DNA of 64,000 bases, from contig NW_027590120.1 in the NCBI RefSeq assembly GCF_964213995.1, forward strand, positions 1,798,001-1,862,000, given 5' to 3'. The DNA is from Mustelus asterias (taxonomy: Eukaryota). A program made the translations under genes and the position numbers. The stretch's first letter is position 1. Each line of letters begins with the position of its first letter. Below the pieces are notes generated by a model. The model was not told the origin of the DNA. It did not search any database and saw only the letters and a program-made list of their open reading frames with translations. Shown piece by piece: positions 24,621 to 37,526 of this stretch.

Positions 24621-25547
24621 ATGGAGAAACCATGGAAATGTGGGGACTGTGGGAAGAGATACAGATACCCATCTGATCTGGAAGCTCATCGGCGCAGCCA
24701 CACTGGGGAGAGGCCATTTACTTGCTCTCACTGTGCGAAGGGATTCAGTCAGTTATCCAGCCTGCGGACACACCAGCGAGTTCACACTGGGGAGAGGCCA
24801 TTCACCTGCTCTCAGTGTGAGAAGGGATTCACTGATTTATCCACCCTGCGGACACACCAGCGAGTTCACACTGGGGAGAGGCCGTTCACCTGCTCTCAGT
24901 GTGGGAAGGGGTTCAGTCGATTATCCAGCCTGCAGAGACACCAACGAGCTCACACTGGGGAGACACCATTCACCTGTTCTCAGTGTGGGAAGGAATTCAC
25001 TCGGTCATCCAGCCTGCAGACACACCAGCGAGTTCACACTGGGGAGAGACCGTTCACCTGCTCTCAGTGTGGGGAGGGATTCACTCGGTCATCCAGCCTG
25101 CGGACACACCAGCGAGTTCATGCTGGGGAGAGGCCATTCACCTGCTCTCAGTGTGAGAAGGGATTCACTGATTTATCCACCCTGCAGAGACACCAGCGAG
25201 TTCACACTGGGGAGAGACCGTTCACCTGCTCTCAGTGTGGGAAGGGATTCACTGATTTATCCACCCTGCGGAGACACCAGCGAGTTCACACTGGGGAGTG
25301 GCCGTTCACCTGCTCTATGTGTGGGAAGGGGTTCAGTCAATTAGCTAAGCTGGAGACCCACCAGCGTGTTCACACTGGGGAGAGACCATTCACCTGCTCT
25401 CAGTGTGAGAAGGGATTCACTAGTTTATTCACCCTGCGGAGTCACCAGCGAGTTCACACTGGGGAGAGGCCGTTCACCTGCTCTCAGTGTGGGAAGGGAT
25501 TCAGACTTTCATCCCAGCTGCTGAGACACCAACAAGTTCACAAGTGA
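24621..25547 (+). CDS. C2H2 zinc-finger protein, 11 intact fingers, 308 aa from ATG 24621; acceptor 24312|24313
   Basis: Uninterrupted 11 x 28-aa array, MEKPWKC...HQQVHK*. Confidence 0.9.
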   Translation: MEKPWKCGDCGKRYRYPSDLEAHRRSHTGERPFTCSHCAKGFSQLSSLRTHQRVHTGERPFTCSQCEKGFTDLSTLRTHQRVHTGERPFTCSQCGKGFSRLSSLQRHQRAHTGETPFTCSQCGKEFTRSSSLQTHQRVHTGERPFTCSQCGEGFTRSSSLRTHQRVHAGERPFTCSQCEKGFTDLSTLQRHQRVHTGERPFTCSQCGKGFTDLSTLRRHQRVHTGEWPFTCSMCGKGFSQLAKLETHQRVHTGERPFTCSQCEKGFTSLFTLRSHQRVHTGERPFTCSQCGKGFRLSSQLLRHQQVHK

Positions 25548-25859
25548 TTCCAGGGGTTGGATTCTGCTGTTATTGTTTCTGCTCTCAATTACAGGATTTC
25601 TGTAATTGATTTCTGTAATTTCTGTAATCTATTGTCTCTGCTCTCAATTACATCCAGGATTGCATTTTGTTCATTCTCACAGTTGGTCAATGGGGAGGGT
25701 CGGAGGGTTTCTTTCTGCTGGACTGGCCGGTCTCATGACTTTGCCTCCAGTGGGCTGATGCTCTTTGAGTCTTGTTGCAAATACCTGGTTTCAGATTTCA
25801 CAAGGATCACAGAGTGACAGGGTGTTAGGAAGTTCAGAGATATTTCGTCAGCATTTCTG

Positions 25860-26160
25860 TTTGAAACCTTCCAATGCCCATCCAATTTCCTTTGTAATTG
25901 TTTATTGTCTCCACTTCCTCCACCCTCGTAGGCAGCGAGTACCAGGTCATTACCATTCGCTGCATCAAAATATTCTTCCTCACATCCCCCCTTCCTCTCT
26001 GACCCAAAACCATAAATCTGTGACCCCCTCATCCTTGTCCTGTCAGCTAATGGGAACAGCTTTTCTTTGTCCACCTTATCTAAACCTGTCAGAATCTTGT
26101 CCACCTCTATCAAATCTCCCCTCAACCTCCTTTGCTCCAAGGGGAAGAGCCCCAGCCTGA
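25860..26160 (-). mobile_element. Old CR1 LINE 3' fragment, duplicated with the gene (paralog 36125-36430 plus)
   Basis: LGLFPLEQRRLRGDLIEVDKIL in ORF 25733-26185. Confidence 0.8.
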
Positions 26161-26499
26161 CATTGACAATAAAGAACAAACTCACAGAATATGTTAATAC
26201 CTGAAATCAAATGGGAATGTTGAATTTCTGTTTTAAAGAAATCATGAATATATTGTCCTGTACAATAAAGGGATTTGAATAACTCAGCTTGGGTGCAGTT
26301 GAATGAAATGTATCAATCTGGTATCCACCCACAGTCCCGAGGAAGTGTGGAATGTGTAGCTGGAAATCCCTCCCTAACAGCACTGTGGTGTACCTACACC
26401 TCAGGCATGATAGCAGTTCAGGAAGGCAGTGTTGGTGCTGATCGTGGGCGAGGCAGCGACAAACAGCCACATGTCCTGTTATAATTGTAAGTTTCAATC

Positions 26500-26937
26500 T
26501 GAAGCTCATTGGACAACTTCCGCATTGAGCAGGCCCGGGCGCCCGGACACGGGAGCCCCGCCCCCACCCTATATTCCCCCTCCCCCTGCACCTCTTCCAG
26601 CCACGGTTTCCAGGCAACCAGCTGGCGGTTCCGGCCAGAGCGAGAAGCCGCGCGGTGACTGCGCATGTCCAAGGGAGAGGGGAAGATGCGCGTGTTCGGG
26701 GGAACCAACCTTTTGACCTGCAGGCTGAGGTGTTGGCCAATGGAAAGTTGGAGGACCGGAAGTTCACTGGTCCTCCAGCCAATCAGAGCGCCCCCATTGT
26801 CTGAATGCGGAAGTGGACAATGAGCTTGTTCAGCTGCTCATTCCTGCCCAGCAAAGTTGCTGCTGCTGCTCTCTCTCAATGAAGATTGAGCTTCAGACAG
26901 ACTCAAACTTCCTCCTGTCTCTCCAACATCTGTGAGT
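26500..26937 (+). promoter_or_regulatory. CpG promoter and exon 1 (donor GTGAGT at 26932) of ZNF at 28876
   Basis: CCCCGCCCC, ACTGCGCATG, CCAAT x2, CGGAAGT ETS x2, palindrome 26749-26777. Confidence 0.7.
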
Positions 26938-27544
26938 AAAATACTTTCTTTTCTCCCCCTTTCCATTCTTTTCTCATTCTGGGGGAAATTGGGGACTTGC
27001 AGCAACTGAAGGAAAAGGAAGTGAATCCAGGGAGGCTGCATACTCTGGAAAGGTTGGCCCAGGTCTCTCTCTCTCTCTCTTAAAGACATTTGCTCCCTCA
27101 GCTTGACACATTGATTTGTCTGGCTAAAAGGTCCCTTTCCTAGTGTTCACAATTAAAGGGCTGGTTTCCCCAGGAGAAGGCTGACATTTAAAAGAACAAT
27201 AAATTAATATAGGACAGAGATATGCCTAGTGTTGTTATATTGTAGATTTGATATATTATTTATGGTTCTGTAACAAAGTACGTTTATTATTATTTCTCGT
27301 TTTGTAATGTAGCACTGAAGCAATGTTATATATTTTCATTCATCGAGTCATTACAGCGCAGAAGGAGTCCATTCAGTAACTCGAGTCCATGCTGACTCTC
27401 TGTAGAACAATCCAGTCAGTTCCATTCCCTTTCTATATTCCCGTTCCCCTGCAACTTTATTTCCTTCATGTGCCCATCTAATTTCTGAAATATATTAAAG
27501 GGGACAGTAAACTAATATCGGACAGAGACGTGTCTGATGTTTTT

Positions 27545-27915
27545 TTATTCATCCTTGGGACACGGGCATTGCCGGCTGGGCCAGCATTTATTGCCCATCC
27601 CTAATTCCCCTTGAACTGAGTGGCTCGCTCGGCCATTTCAGAAGCTGGTTGAGAGTCAACCACATTGCTGTGGCTCTGGAGTCACATGTAGGCCAGACTA
27701 GGTAAGGACGGCAGATTTCCTTCCCTAAAGCACATTAATGAACCAGATGGGTTTTTTGGTCAATCGACAATGGTTTCATGGTCATCAGTAGATTCTTAAT
27801 TCTAGATTTTGTTTTTAAATTCAAATTCCACCATTTGTTGTGGCGGGATTCGAACCTGGGTCCCCATTAGCTAAGTTTCTGGATTAATAGTCTAGTGATA
27901 ATACCACGAGGCTTT
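27545..27915 (-). mobile_element. tRNA-derived SINE sharing the tail of the second CR1 family (other copies 32790-33170 minus, 57640-57995 plus)
   Basis: Box B ggttcgaatcc on minus; tail gatgggcaataaatgctggcccagcc. Confidence 0.7.
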
Positions 27916-29224
27916 CAGCTCCCCTGTTGTTATATGGGACAGATTAGATATATTATTTATAGCTCTGTAATAAAATACACTTATTATATCTGGCTGTGTA
28001 ATTTTGGACTGCAGCTATATTATATATTTCCAACAATCTCTTCCCTCAGAGAATTGTTAGTATCTAGATTTCTCTTCCATAGGGACCAGTGGAGGGATTG
28101 AATATATTCAAGGATGAGTTGGACAGTTTGTGAATGACAAGGGAGTCAATAATTATTGGGAACGGGCTGGAAAATGGAGAGAAAGCTCAGATGAGGAAGG
28201 ATTTCATCACTGAAGGATGTGGTGATGTTTTGGATTCTCTACCCCAGAGGACGATAGAGCCTCAGTCATCAAGAATTTTCAAGAGAGGGATTGATAGGTT
28301 TCTAGATATTGAAGATATCGATGGATATGGGGGACAGTGTGGGGAAAATAATGCAGAGGTAGATCAACCAATAATCTCAATGAATGGTTGAGCAGACTCG
28401 ATGGGCCGAATGCTGACTGCAGCTCCTATTTGTTCTGATTTCTGTGCTGGACAGGAAGCAGTGAGCATGGATCTGTCAATCAGCCTCAATCAGCACCTTC
28501 AGGAGAATTGGGAGGGTGAATATTAGATGCAGCAGAGTGAGAATGGAGGGAGAGTGTGTGGGATGGAGATTCACAGCTTTTGGGGAATGAGAGGGGAAAG
28601 AATGTTCATTAGAATCATAGAATTGCTGCATCTTATCAACCGTCCCTGAGCTTTCACAATGAATCCCACTTCTGAGGACACCCTTATCTCTGACTTGTCT
28701 GTACTGCTGGCAGTCTCACAAAGCAGCTGCCTGTGTGCTGATACGGGAGGCCCTGCTGGGCAGGTTTAATGCTCCATGACTGTGTCTTTAATGAATGCTC
28801 CATAGAAACTAGAAATGTAGATTTGAATTTCGATCGTATTCTGAATTGCGATGTTTTTTCTAAATTGACTTACAGGATATTAGACAAGGAGAAATCAGAC
28901 AGAAATCTCCAACATCACATCGAGATCTGACAGAGTGACTCGATTTCTTGGGACCTGAAATCATCGGCCTTTGAATCGAGCAGGAGAAATGTTTGTTTGG
29001 CCTCTTGGCTTCAAAAGATTGTAAACATCGCTGTGACTAGAAATGCACTGAGATACACACACCCGAGTGAGAGTGTTCCAGTGCACTGAGTGTGGAAAGA
29101 GCTTTAACCAGTTACACAGCCTGAAAATACATCGCAGCATTCACAGTGGGGAGAGACTGTACCCGTGTTCTGTGTGAGATTTAACTGATTGTTTAACCTG
29201 GAGAGTCACAAGGACACCCGCACC

Positions 29225-30505
29225 ATGGAGAAACCGTGGAAATGTGGGAAGGGATTCAGGTTCCCATCTGAGCTGGAAATTCATCAACACAGTCACACTG
29301 GGGAGAGACCATTCACCTGCTCTGTGTGTGGGAAGGGATTCACTGACTTACCTAATCTGCAGAGACACCAACGAGTTCACACTCGGGAGAGGCCATTCAC
29401 CTGCTCTGTGTGTGGGAAGGGATTCACTCAGTTATCCAGCCTGCAGAAACACAATCTCTCTCACACCAATGAGAGACCCTTTAAATGCTCTGACTGTGGG
29501 AGTGGTTTCAAAAGCTCTCGGGAACTGATGATCCACCAGCGCATTCACACCGAGGAGAGACCGTTCAGCTGCTCTCACTGCACAAAGACATTTAGAACAT
29601 CATCCCACCTGCGGGAGCACCAACGAGTTCACACCGGGGAGAGACTGTTCACCTGCTCGGTGTGTGGGAAGGGATTCACTCATTCATCAAACCTGTGCAG
29701 ACACAATCTCACTCACAGCAATGAGAGACCCTTTAAATGCTCTGACTGTGGGAGCGGATTCAAAAGCTCTCATGGACTGATGTCCCACCAGCGCATTCAC
29801 ACTGAGGACAGACCGTTCAGCTGCTCTCACTGCACAAAGAGATTTAGAACTTCATCCGAACTGCGGAGACACCAGCGAGTTCACACCGCGGAGAGGCCGT
29901 TCCCCTGCTCTGTGTGTGGGAAGGGATTCAGTCAGTCATCCAGCCTGCAGAAACACAAAGCCACTCACTCCAATGAGAGACCATTTAAATGCTCTGACTG
30001 TGGGAATGGATTCAAAAGCTCTCAGGATCTGATGTCCCACCAGCGCATTCACACTGAGGAGAGACCGTTCAGCTGCTCTCACTGCACAAAGAGGTTTAGA
30101 ACATCATACAGCCTGCTGAAACACCATCGAGTTCACACCGGGGAGAGACCATTCACCTGCTCGGTGTGTGGGAAGGGATTCACTACTTCATCCCACCTGC
30201 GCAGACACAAAGTCACTCACACTAATGAGAGACCGTTTAAATGCTCTGACTGTGGGAGCGAATTCAAAAGCTCTCAGGATCTGGTGTCCCACCAGCGCAT
30301 TCACACTGAGGAGAGACCGTTCAGCTGCTCTCACTGCTCAAAGAGGTTTAAAAGGTCATCCAGCCTGAGGGAACATCAGCGAGTTCACACTGGGGAGAGA
30401 CCATTCACCTGCTCTGTGTGTGGGAAGGGATTCACTACTTCATCCATCCTGCTGAGACACAAAGCCACTCACTCCAAGGAGAGACCCTTTAAATGCTGTG
30501 CCTGA
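29225..30505 (+). CDS. C2H2 zinc-finger protein, 15 fingers (first lacks one Cys via 9-nt deletion), 426 aa; decayed fingers to ~30885; acceptor 28875|28876
   Basis: ORF 29189-30505; periodic CSVC/CSDC/CSHC fingers. Confidence 0.9.
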   Translation: MEKPWKCGKGFRFPSELEIHQHSHTGERPFTCSVCGKGFTDLPNLQRHQRVHTRERPFTCSVCGKGFTQLSSLQKHNLSHTNERPFKCSDCGSGFKSSRELMIHQRIHTEERPFSCSHCTKTFRTSSHLREHQRVHTGERLFTCSVCGKGFTHSSNLCRHNLTHSNERPFKCSDCGSGFKSSHGLMSHQRIHTEDRPFSCSHCTKRFRTSSELRRHQRVHTAERPFPCSVCGKGFSQSSSLQKHKATHSNERPFKCSDCGNGFKSSQDLMSHQRIHTEERPFSCSHCTKRFRTSYSLLKHHRVHTGERPFTCSVCGKGFTTSSHLRRHKVTHTNERPFKCSDCGSEFKSSQDLVSHQRIHTEERPFSCSHCSKRFKRSSSLREHQRVHTGERPFTCSVCGKGFTTSSILLRHKATHSKERPFKCCA

Positions 30506-30969
30506 GAGGCCGGCTTCAGAAGCTCTCAGGAACTGATGATCCCCGAGCACATTCACACCGGGGAGAGGCCGTTCAGCTGCTCTCACTGTTCAAGGAGGTT
30601 TAGAATATCATCAACACTGCTGAAACACCAGTGAGTTCACACCGGGGAGAAACCATTCACCTGCTCGGTGTGTGCGAAAGGATTTACTCAGTTATCCAGC
30701 CTGCCCAGACACAACATCATCACACCCAGGAGAGACTCTTTAAATGTGGGCGTGGCTTCAAAAGCTCTCGGGGACTCGTGTCCCACCAGTGAGTTCACAC
30801 CAGGCAGAGGCTGGTCACCTGCTCTGACTGGGAAGGGATTCACTCAGTCAGCAAACTTGGTGAAACACCAGTGAGTTCACAAGTGATTACAGTTCTGGGA
30901 TTATTCTTGTGAATCTTTCTTGCCCCTTCTCCAGTGCCTCTATTTCCTTTTTCTAAATGGAGATCACAA

Positions 30970-32148
30970 ATAGAACGTAGAACAGTACAGCACAGGAACA
31001 GACCCTTCAGCTCACCATGTTGTGTCAAACATGATGCCAAATTAAACTATTCCTTTCTGCCTGCCCTTGGTCCATATTCCTCTATTCCTTGCATATTCAT
31101 GTGCTTATTTAAAACCCCCTTAAACGCCCCTATCATATCTGCCTCCACCACCATCCCTGGCAGCGTGTTCCAGACACCTACCACTCTCTGTGTAAAACAA
31201 CCTACCTCTCACATCTCCTTTGAACTTTCCCCGTCTCACCTTAAGTGCATGCCCCCTGGTATTAGACATATCAACTCTGGGGGAAAAGATTCTATGTCTC
31301 TCATTTTATAGACTGCTATCAGGTCTCCCCTCACCCTCCACCGCTATCGAGAAAACAACCCTCGTTTGTCAGTCGCTCACACCCTCCAGTCCAGGCAGCA
31401 TCCTGGGAAACCTCTTCTGCACCCTCATCAAAACCTCTGCATCCTTTCTGTAATGTGGCGACCAGAATTGAACGCAATATTCTAAGCACGGCCCAAACAA
31501 ACTTTTATAAAGCTGCAACATGGCATGCTGACTCTTGTACTCAATAAAGGCAAGCATGCCATATGCCTTCTTTAGTGACTAAATATTTGTGTGGCTAATT
31601 TCAGGGAGCTCTGGACTTGAACCCCACGATCCCTCTGTAACTGTACACTTATCCTTAATATTTGATCTCCCAAAGTGCAGCACCTCACACTTGCCCGGAT
31701 TAAAATCCATCTGTCATTTCTCTGCTCATATCTGCAGCTGATCTACATCCCACTGTATCCTTTGACAACCTTCTACACTATCTACAACTCCATCGAGCTT
31801 TGTGTCGTCTGCCAGCTTGCTAACCCACCCATCCACGTTTTCATTCAAGTCATTGATATATATCACAAATAGCGCAGGTCCCAGTATGGATCCCTGCAGA
31901 ACACCACTAGTCATGGACCTCTAGCCAGAAAAACACCCTCCACCGCTATTCTCTGACTTCTATGGGCAAGTCAATTCTGAATCCAAGTGGCCAAGTCACC
32001 GTGAATCCCATGCATCTTAATCTTCTGGATGAGCCGACCATGAGGGACCTTGTCGAAAGCCTCACTAAAATCCATGTTCACAACATCCACTGCTCTACCC
32101 TCATCGATCACCTTCGTCACCTCCCCGATAAAATCAATCAAGTCAGTA
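30970..32148 (-). mobile_element. Degenerate CR1/HER1 LINE RT fragment
   Basis: ORFs 31369 (LEYCVQFWSPHY) and 31726 ([16 protein letters not shown]). Confidence 0.9.
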
Positions 32149-33819
32149 AGATGTTGACGGTGCTCCCACTGCAGTCCTGTGATGAAAATATAGACTGGTT
32201 GGTGAAATGTAGATAACAGGTAGAATTGATATCTAATGAGGACTTTATACTTTAGAATTGAATACAGGGCTCATTGTTACTAACGGGGAAAGAAGGGCTA
32301 AAACCCTTACCCAGAACCCTTTTCACACACACGTGGACATCTCTGAATCTGACACACACCAAATGGAACGTTACACAAGGGGCTGGAATTCACTGGAATT
32401 TCTTAACAACCTTTCAATAGAAATGTCCTGGTACAGACTGTGACAAAGGACACAACAGACAGCAAGAACCAGGAGGAACCTTTAACACAGAGAATGTTAA
32501 TAACCTTGTTCAGGACACCGGTGCCAGGCACAGGAGGATCCCAGGAAAAACGGAACATTTAATTTCTGTGTTTCACAATTCTAAATGACTGATTCTTTAA
32601 CATAGGAATGTTTAAAAACAGCATTGTGATATTCCAAGGTCAACTGTGTCTGGGAAAGGGGCACACTGATGTGTTTTTATTTTAAACAGGAGGATCCATT
32701 GAAAAGCAGCTCTGGGCGATATGAGCACCTCCTGACCTACTTTCAATTCATTTCAAATCACCCATCACTTTCCGTGGAATATTCTTTATTCTTTCCTGGG
32801 ATGTGGACACTGCTGGCAAAGCCCCAGCACACGTTGCTCATCTCCTAATTGCCCTTGAACGGAGTGACTTGCTCGGCCATTTCAGAGGGACAGTTAAGAT
32901 TCACCCACATCGCTGTGTGGGTCTGGATTCACATGTCGGCCAGACCGGGTAAGGATGGCAGATTTCCCTCCCTAATAGGGAGCATGAAGAGGGTGAACTG
33001 GAAGGGTTTTTACAACAGTCGATAGTATCATGGTTACCGTTTCTGAGACTAACTTTATATAATTCCAGATTGATTCACTGAATTGAAATCCCACCAGCTG
33101 CCTGTCCCCAGATCCTTTGCTGGGTCTCTGCATTACTCGGCCAGAGACATTCCCACTATCCCACCACCTCCCACTGAATGGAATATTCCACACAACCCCT
33201 TAGTTAAACAGGAAGTAGAAAAGAGAAAGGCTTTGACCTTTGGATGACCTCATCACCAACTACAGAAACCTTACAGCTGACCATTCTGTAAAAGTTTATA
33301 AACTTTATTTTTATAAAACACAGAGTAAGAAACAGGTGAAAAGTAACGATGGACGTTGTGACTGACATCAGAAACATTGATTGACCGGATAAACACTCAC
33401 TACATCACAGAGCGATCCTCAACCATTAAAGAATTGACCCACAATAAGGAATGAGAGAGCCTTATAAAAAGGGGCAGGAGTTTACACAGAGAGGTGACAT
33501 CCACAGCTGCTCAGGATGATGGAATTCAGTTCAGGAAGGGGATAAAGTGAGAAGCTTTTGTGATTCAAGACAGAAGTATTGAACAATCTGGAATCAGTGC
33601 TTCTCGAGCTTGCTGAAGAGCCGAACACATCAATTAATCTCATCATAAAAACCCCCAGTGTAAATAACATGGATTTGACTGGCAAATGTTGAAGTGTTGA
33701 TTCAGAGACACAAGTTTTGACTTCCCATTTGAGCCTGGGACACCTTTCTGTCTCTCTATTGCTCATGTCAATGACAGCCAGGCGACGGAGCTGAGGGCTG
33801 AATTTAGCTGAGATTAACA

Positions 33820-34010
33820 GGGCCTGCGCCCCAGTTGGGAAACTGCCCTGGGCATTGCACTTATAGAGAGACAGGAAGCTGCTGGAGGACTGACTGGGAA
33901 ATGGGCCTCCAACCAATCAGGGCACCGGAGGAGGTGACCGGGGCTGATGGTGATGTGACCCCCGGGGTTCAGTGTCCCTGTATCCAAAGCGGGGAGTCGC
34001 GGGAACAGGG
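33820..34010. promoter_or_regulatory. Decayed promoter-like module with degenerate palindrome and CCAAT
   Basis: tggaggact-N11-gggcctcca-accaatcag (33883-33920) mirrors 26749-26786. Confidence 0.4.
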
Positions 34011-36683
34011 TACAGAGGAGCTGAAGAGAAACCATTTGTGTCCAGAACATTGTGAACATCCTTTACTCTGGTTGTCTTTGATCCTCAAGTCATTTTCTGT
34101 TTGTTTTAACCATGTTCTGTTTCATTAATAAACTTTTATCAGTAAAAATATTTGATTTTTCTGGACATTTCCTGATGAGATTGATGCACTTTAGGGAAAG
34201 TGGGTGGGAGGGGTTGGCAGGCTCTTTAACAGAAAGTGAGTCCCTCTAAGGTAATTGGCAAAGGAACCAGAGGGGGAGATGGGATTTTATTTTTGACTCA
34301 GCGATGTCAGAAAATGGAGTTCAGGGAGTCAATTAACCCTTTCTCCCCTTTTCCCAAACTCTGAAATGATTCCCAGTGATAACCCTTATTGGTGACAGTG
34401 GTTAGATTTTATTCAGTATCAATAAGAGCCGACACAGGCTAATGTCTGAGCAGTCGTATCAAAGTGCAGCAGCATTACCATTACACTCTGGGAAGAAGCA
34501 GCATCTCCACGGAAATGCTCCCTGCTCTGCCCCAGATGCCATGGCACCAGTCAATGCAATATGTAAAACCTCGACAAATCTCTGTGCTCGGGGAATCCCT
34601 TCTTATACTTTTTTACATCACAAAGTCTATGGAGACTGATTTAACCCAATCATTGCTCAGCTAACACGTGAACGGATCAATTACAAAACCTGTCATTGAA
34701 CCATCTGTACCTGCCCAAGCCATGTCAAACTCTCAAACAATTGTCTTCCCACGCTCCGTCCCTGGTACAGGGAGTCAGCATTCCCATGCCAAGCAGTGAA
34801 AACATGGTGTTCGTGACACCCAGGTGTCATCCAGGATTCAAGGCACTCCTGTTTTCTCTGTCCTCTGGGAGCTGTTTATCTCCCTGTTCCCACACAGCAA
34901 GTCGTCTGTTCTCAGCTCTGCTGGATTTCTGCTGAAGTTTGACCCCTTTTACACCTTTCGGATCAATAAAACATTTGGTTAATGAAGATCCAAACCACAA
35001 TTTCCCATCCTGTCACCTGTCAACCATCCTTACCCAGAGCGTAATCACAACAGGAATAAAAACAGGAGAAGTGTCACAATCAAATTCAAAATCAATGCAC
35101 AGCCAGTCATAGAATTTAATTTAATATTCACTAATTAGCAAGAAAACCCAAAGTAGGGGGTCCCCCAGGATTCTTACAGTCCACACCTTGAGGGGGGAGA
35201 ACTCTCTCTCTGACCCCTCACTCAATTTCAATCCGTTATTGTCCAGTTCTGGCCCCGCCTGGGGTAACATCTACTTGATCTTTCCTACTCCTGAAGGAGC
35301 ACCGTGAGTTCTAGGTTACTTGTACATAAGGACAGATGCTTCAAGCAACAGATCAAGCATGGATGTAAAAGATTCTCCAGCTCTCTCTTTACCCCTATCT
35401 AAGTTGTGGACAGTTCTTACTGTGTTATTTCCCCCAAGCCCTTAATTGTCCCAATCTATAATATTATCCATTTTATTTTAATTTTCCTCACTGTGTGAGC
35501 ATGTGCAGTGTGTTTAATTGGATCCTGATTGTTTTGAACTCAGTTTCTCTGGAGTGTGTGTCAGTGCCTTGATGATGTCACAATGTTGTCTCAATCCCCT
35601 GGCCACATGAACCATTTCATCTCCTGCTGTGTCTCAAGTAGCTGTGTGTGTTTGGGACCCGCTCTTCACTCCATCTCACCATGGATTTAGGCTTGCTATT
35701 TTTCACATGTAACACATCACATCTGCACACTCACTCCGGTATCCCAAAATCATGTCACACATTCTTAACTTTCAGATGTGCTGATGAAAAGATCAAAGTG
35801 AGTGTCTGTCTTTCTTATCTCCCCCTGTTATGGTGCTGATATTTCATGTAGTGGCCGGGCTTTCAAACAAAGTTCATGGACAAAGTTGTAAATATCTCCC
35901 AGAGAAAGTGATCAACTTATTCATCCCATCCCATTCCAGACTTTCACTAGACTGTAGGTGGATACCAGATTGATATATTCCATTCAACCACTCGCAAGGT
36001 GAGTTATTCCAATTTCTTTATTGTCCAGGACAATATATTCACAATATCTTTAAAACAGAAATTAAACATTCCCATTTGATTTCAGGTATTAACACATTCT
36101 GTTAGTTTGTTCTTTATTGTCGATGTCAGGCTGGGGTTGTTCTCCTTGGAGCAAAGGAGGTTGAGGGGAGATTTGATAGAGGTGGACAAGCTTCTGACAG
36201 GTTTAGATAAGGTGGACAAAGAAAAGCTGTTCCCATTAGTTGATGAGACAAGGACGAGGGGGACACAGATTTAAGGTTCTGGATCAGAGGCGTGGAGGGG
36301 AGGGGGGGCGGATGTGAGGAAGAATATTTTGAAGCAGTGAATGGTAATGACCTGGAACTCGCTGCCTATGAGGGAGGAGGAAGTGGAGACAACAAACAAT
36401 TACAAAGGAAATTGGACGGGCATTGGGGGGTTTCAAACAGAAATGCTGACTAAATATCTCTGACCTTCCTCACATCCTGTCACTCTGTGATCCTTGTGAA
36501 ATTTGAAACCAGGTATTCGCAACAAGACTGAAAGAGCATCAGCCCACTGGAGGCTGAGACCGGCCAGTCCAGCAGAAAGAAACCCTCTGACCCTCCCCAT
36601 TGACCAACTGTGAGAATGAACAAAATGCAGTCCTGGATGCAACTGAGAGCAGAAACAAGAACAGCAGAATCCAACCCCTGGAA

Positions 36684-37526
36684 TCACTCGTGAACTTGCT
36701 GGTGTCTCAGCAGGTGGGATGAAACTCTGAATCCCTTCCCACACTGAGAGCAGGTGAATGGTTTCTCCCCAGTGTGAACTCGCTGGTGTGCCCGCAGGTC
36801 GGATGATTGAGTGAATCCCTTCCCACACTGGGAGCAGGTGAACGGCCTCTCCCCAGTGTGAATTCGCTGGTGTGTCTGCAGGCTGGATAACTGAGTGAAT
36901 CCCTTCCCACACTGGGAGCAGGTGAATGGCCTCTCCCCAGTGTGAACTCGCTGGTGTGTCTGCAGGGTGGATAACTGAGTGAATCCCTTCCCACACTGAG
37001 AGCAGGTGAACGGTCTCTCCCCAGTGTGAACTCGCTGGTGTGTCTGCAGGTTAGATGAACAAGTGAATCCCTTCCCACACTGAGAGCAGGTGAACGGCCT
37101 CTCTCCAATGTGAACTCGCTGGTGTCTCTGCAGGCTGGATAACTGAATGAATCCCTTCCCACACTGAGAGCAGGTGAATGGCCTCTCCTCAGTGTGAACT
37201 CGCTGGTGTGTCTGCAGGTGGGATGACTGAGTGAATCCCTTCCCACATTGAGAGCAGGTGAATGGCCTCTCCTCAGTGTGAACTCGCTGGTGTGTCTGCA
37301 GGTGGGATGACTGAGTGAATCCCTTCCCACATTGAGAGCAGGTGAATGGCCTCTCCCCTGTGTGAACTCGCTGGTGTGTCTGCAGGCTGGATAACTGAAT
37401 GAATCCCTTCTCACACTGAGAGCAGATGAACGGCCTCTCCCCAGTGTGGCTGCGCCAATGAGCTTCCAGCTGTGATGGGGCTCTGTATCCCTTCCCACAG
37501 TCCACACATTTCCATGGTTTCTCCAT
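36684..37526 (-). CDS. C2H2 zinc-finger protein, 10 intact fingers, 280 aa from ATG 37526; acceptor at 37877; inverted paralog of the 24621 gene
   Basis: Uninterrupted 10 x 28-aa array. Confidence 0.9.
   Translation of the reverse strand: MEKPWKCVDCGKGYRAPSQLEAHWRSHTGERPFICSQCEKGFIQLSSLQTHQRVHTGERPFTCSQCGKGFTQSSHLQTHQRVHTEERPFTCSQCGKGFTQSSHLQTHQRVHTEERPFTCSQCGKGFIQLSSLQRHQRVHIGERPFTCSQCGKGFTCSSNLQTHQRVHTGERPFTCSQCGKGFTQLSTLQTHQRVHTGERPFTCSQCGKGFTQLSSLQTHQRIHTGERPFTCSQCGKGFTQSSDLRAHQRVHTGEKPFTCSQCGKGFRVSSHLLRHQQVHE

Noticed and set aside
24574-25344. Long alternative-frame ORFs over ZNF arrays (also 36707-37582, 49989-50696, 6881-7417)
   Set aside because: [21 protein letters not shown] repeats are the expected shifted frame of 84-bp finger repeats; mostly non-ATG starts; no independent evidence of translation.
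24621-25547. PRDM9 or named ZNF ortholog
   Set aside because: No PR/SET, KRAB or SSXRD exons seen; generic finger similarity cannot support a gene symbol.
29034-29040. TGA-CTAG/CTGG context at the shared uORF stop suggesting readthrough or selenocysteine
   Set aside because: In each paralog checked another in-frame stop follows within about 20 codons, so readthrough cannot reach the finger array.
33400-35000. TATAAAA at ~33463, AATAAA at ~34127 and short ORFs suggesting a small gene
   Set aside because: First ATG is closed after 9 codons and no ORF resembles a known protein; left unassigned.
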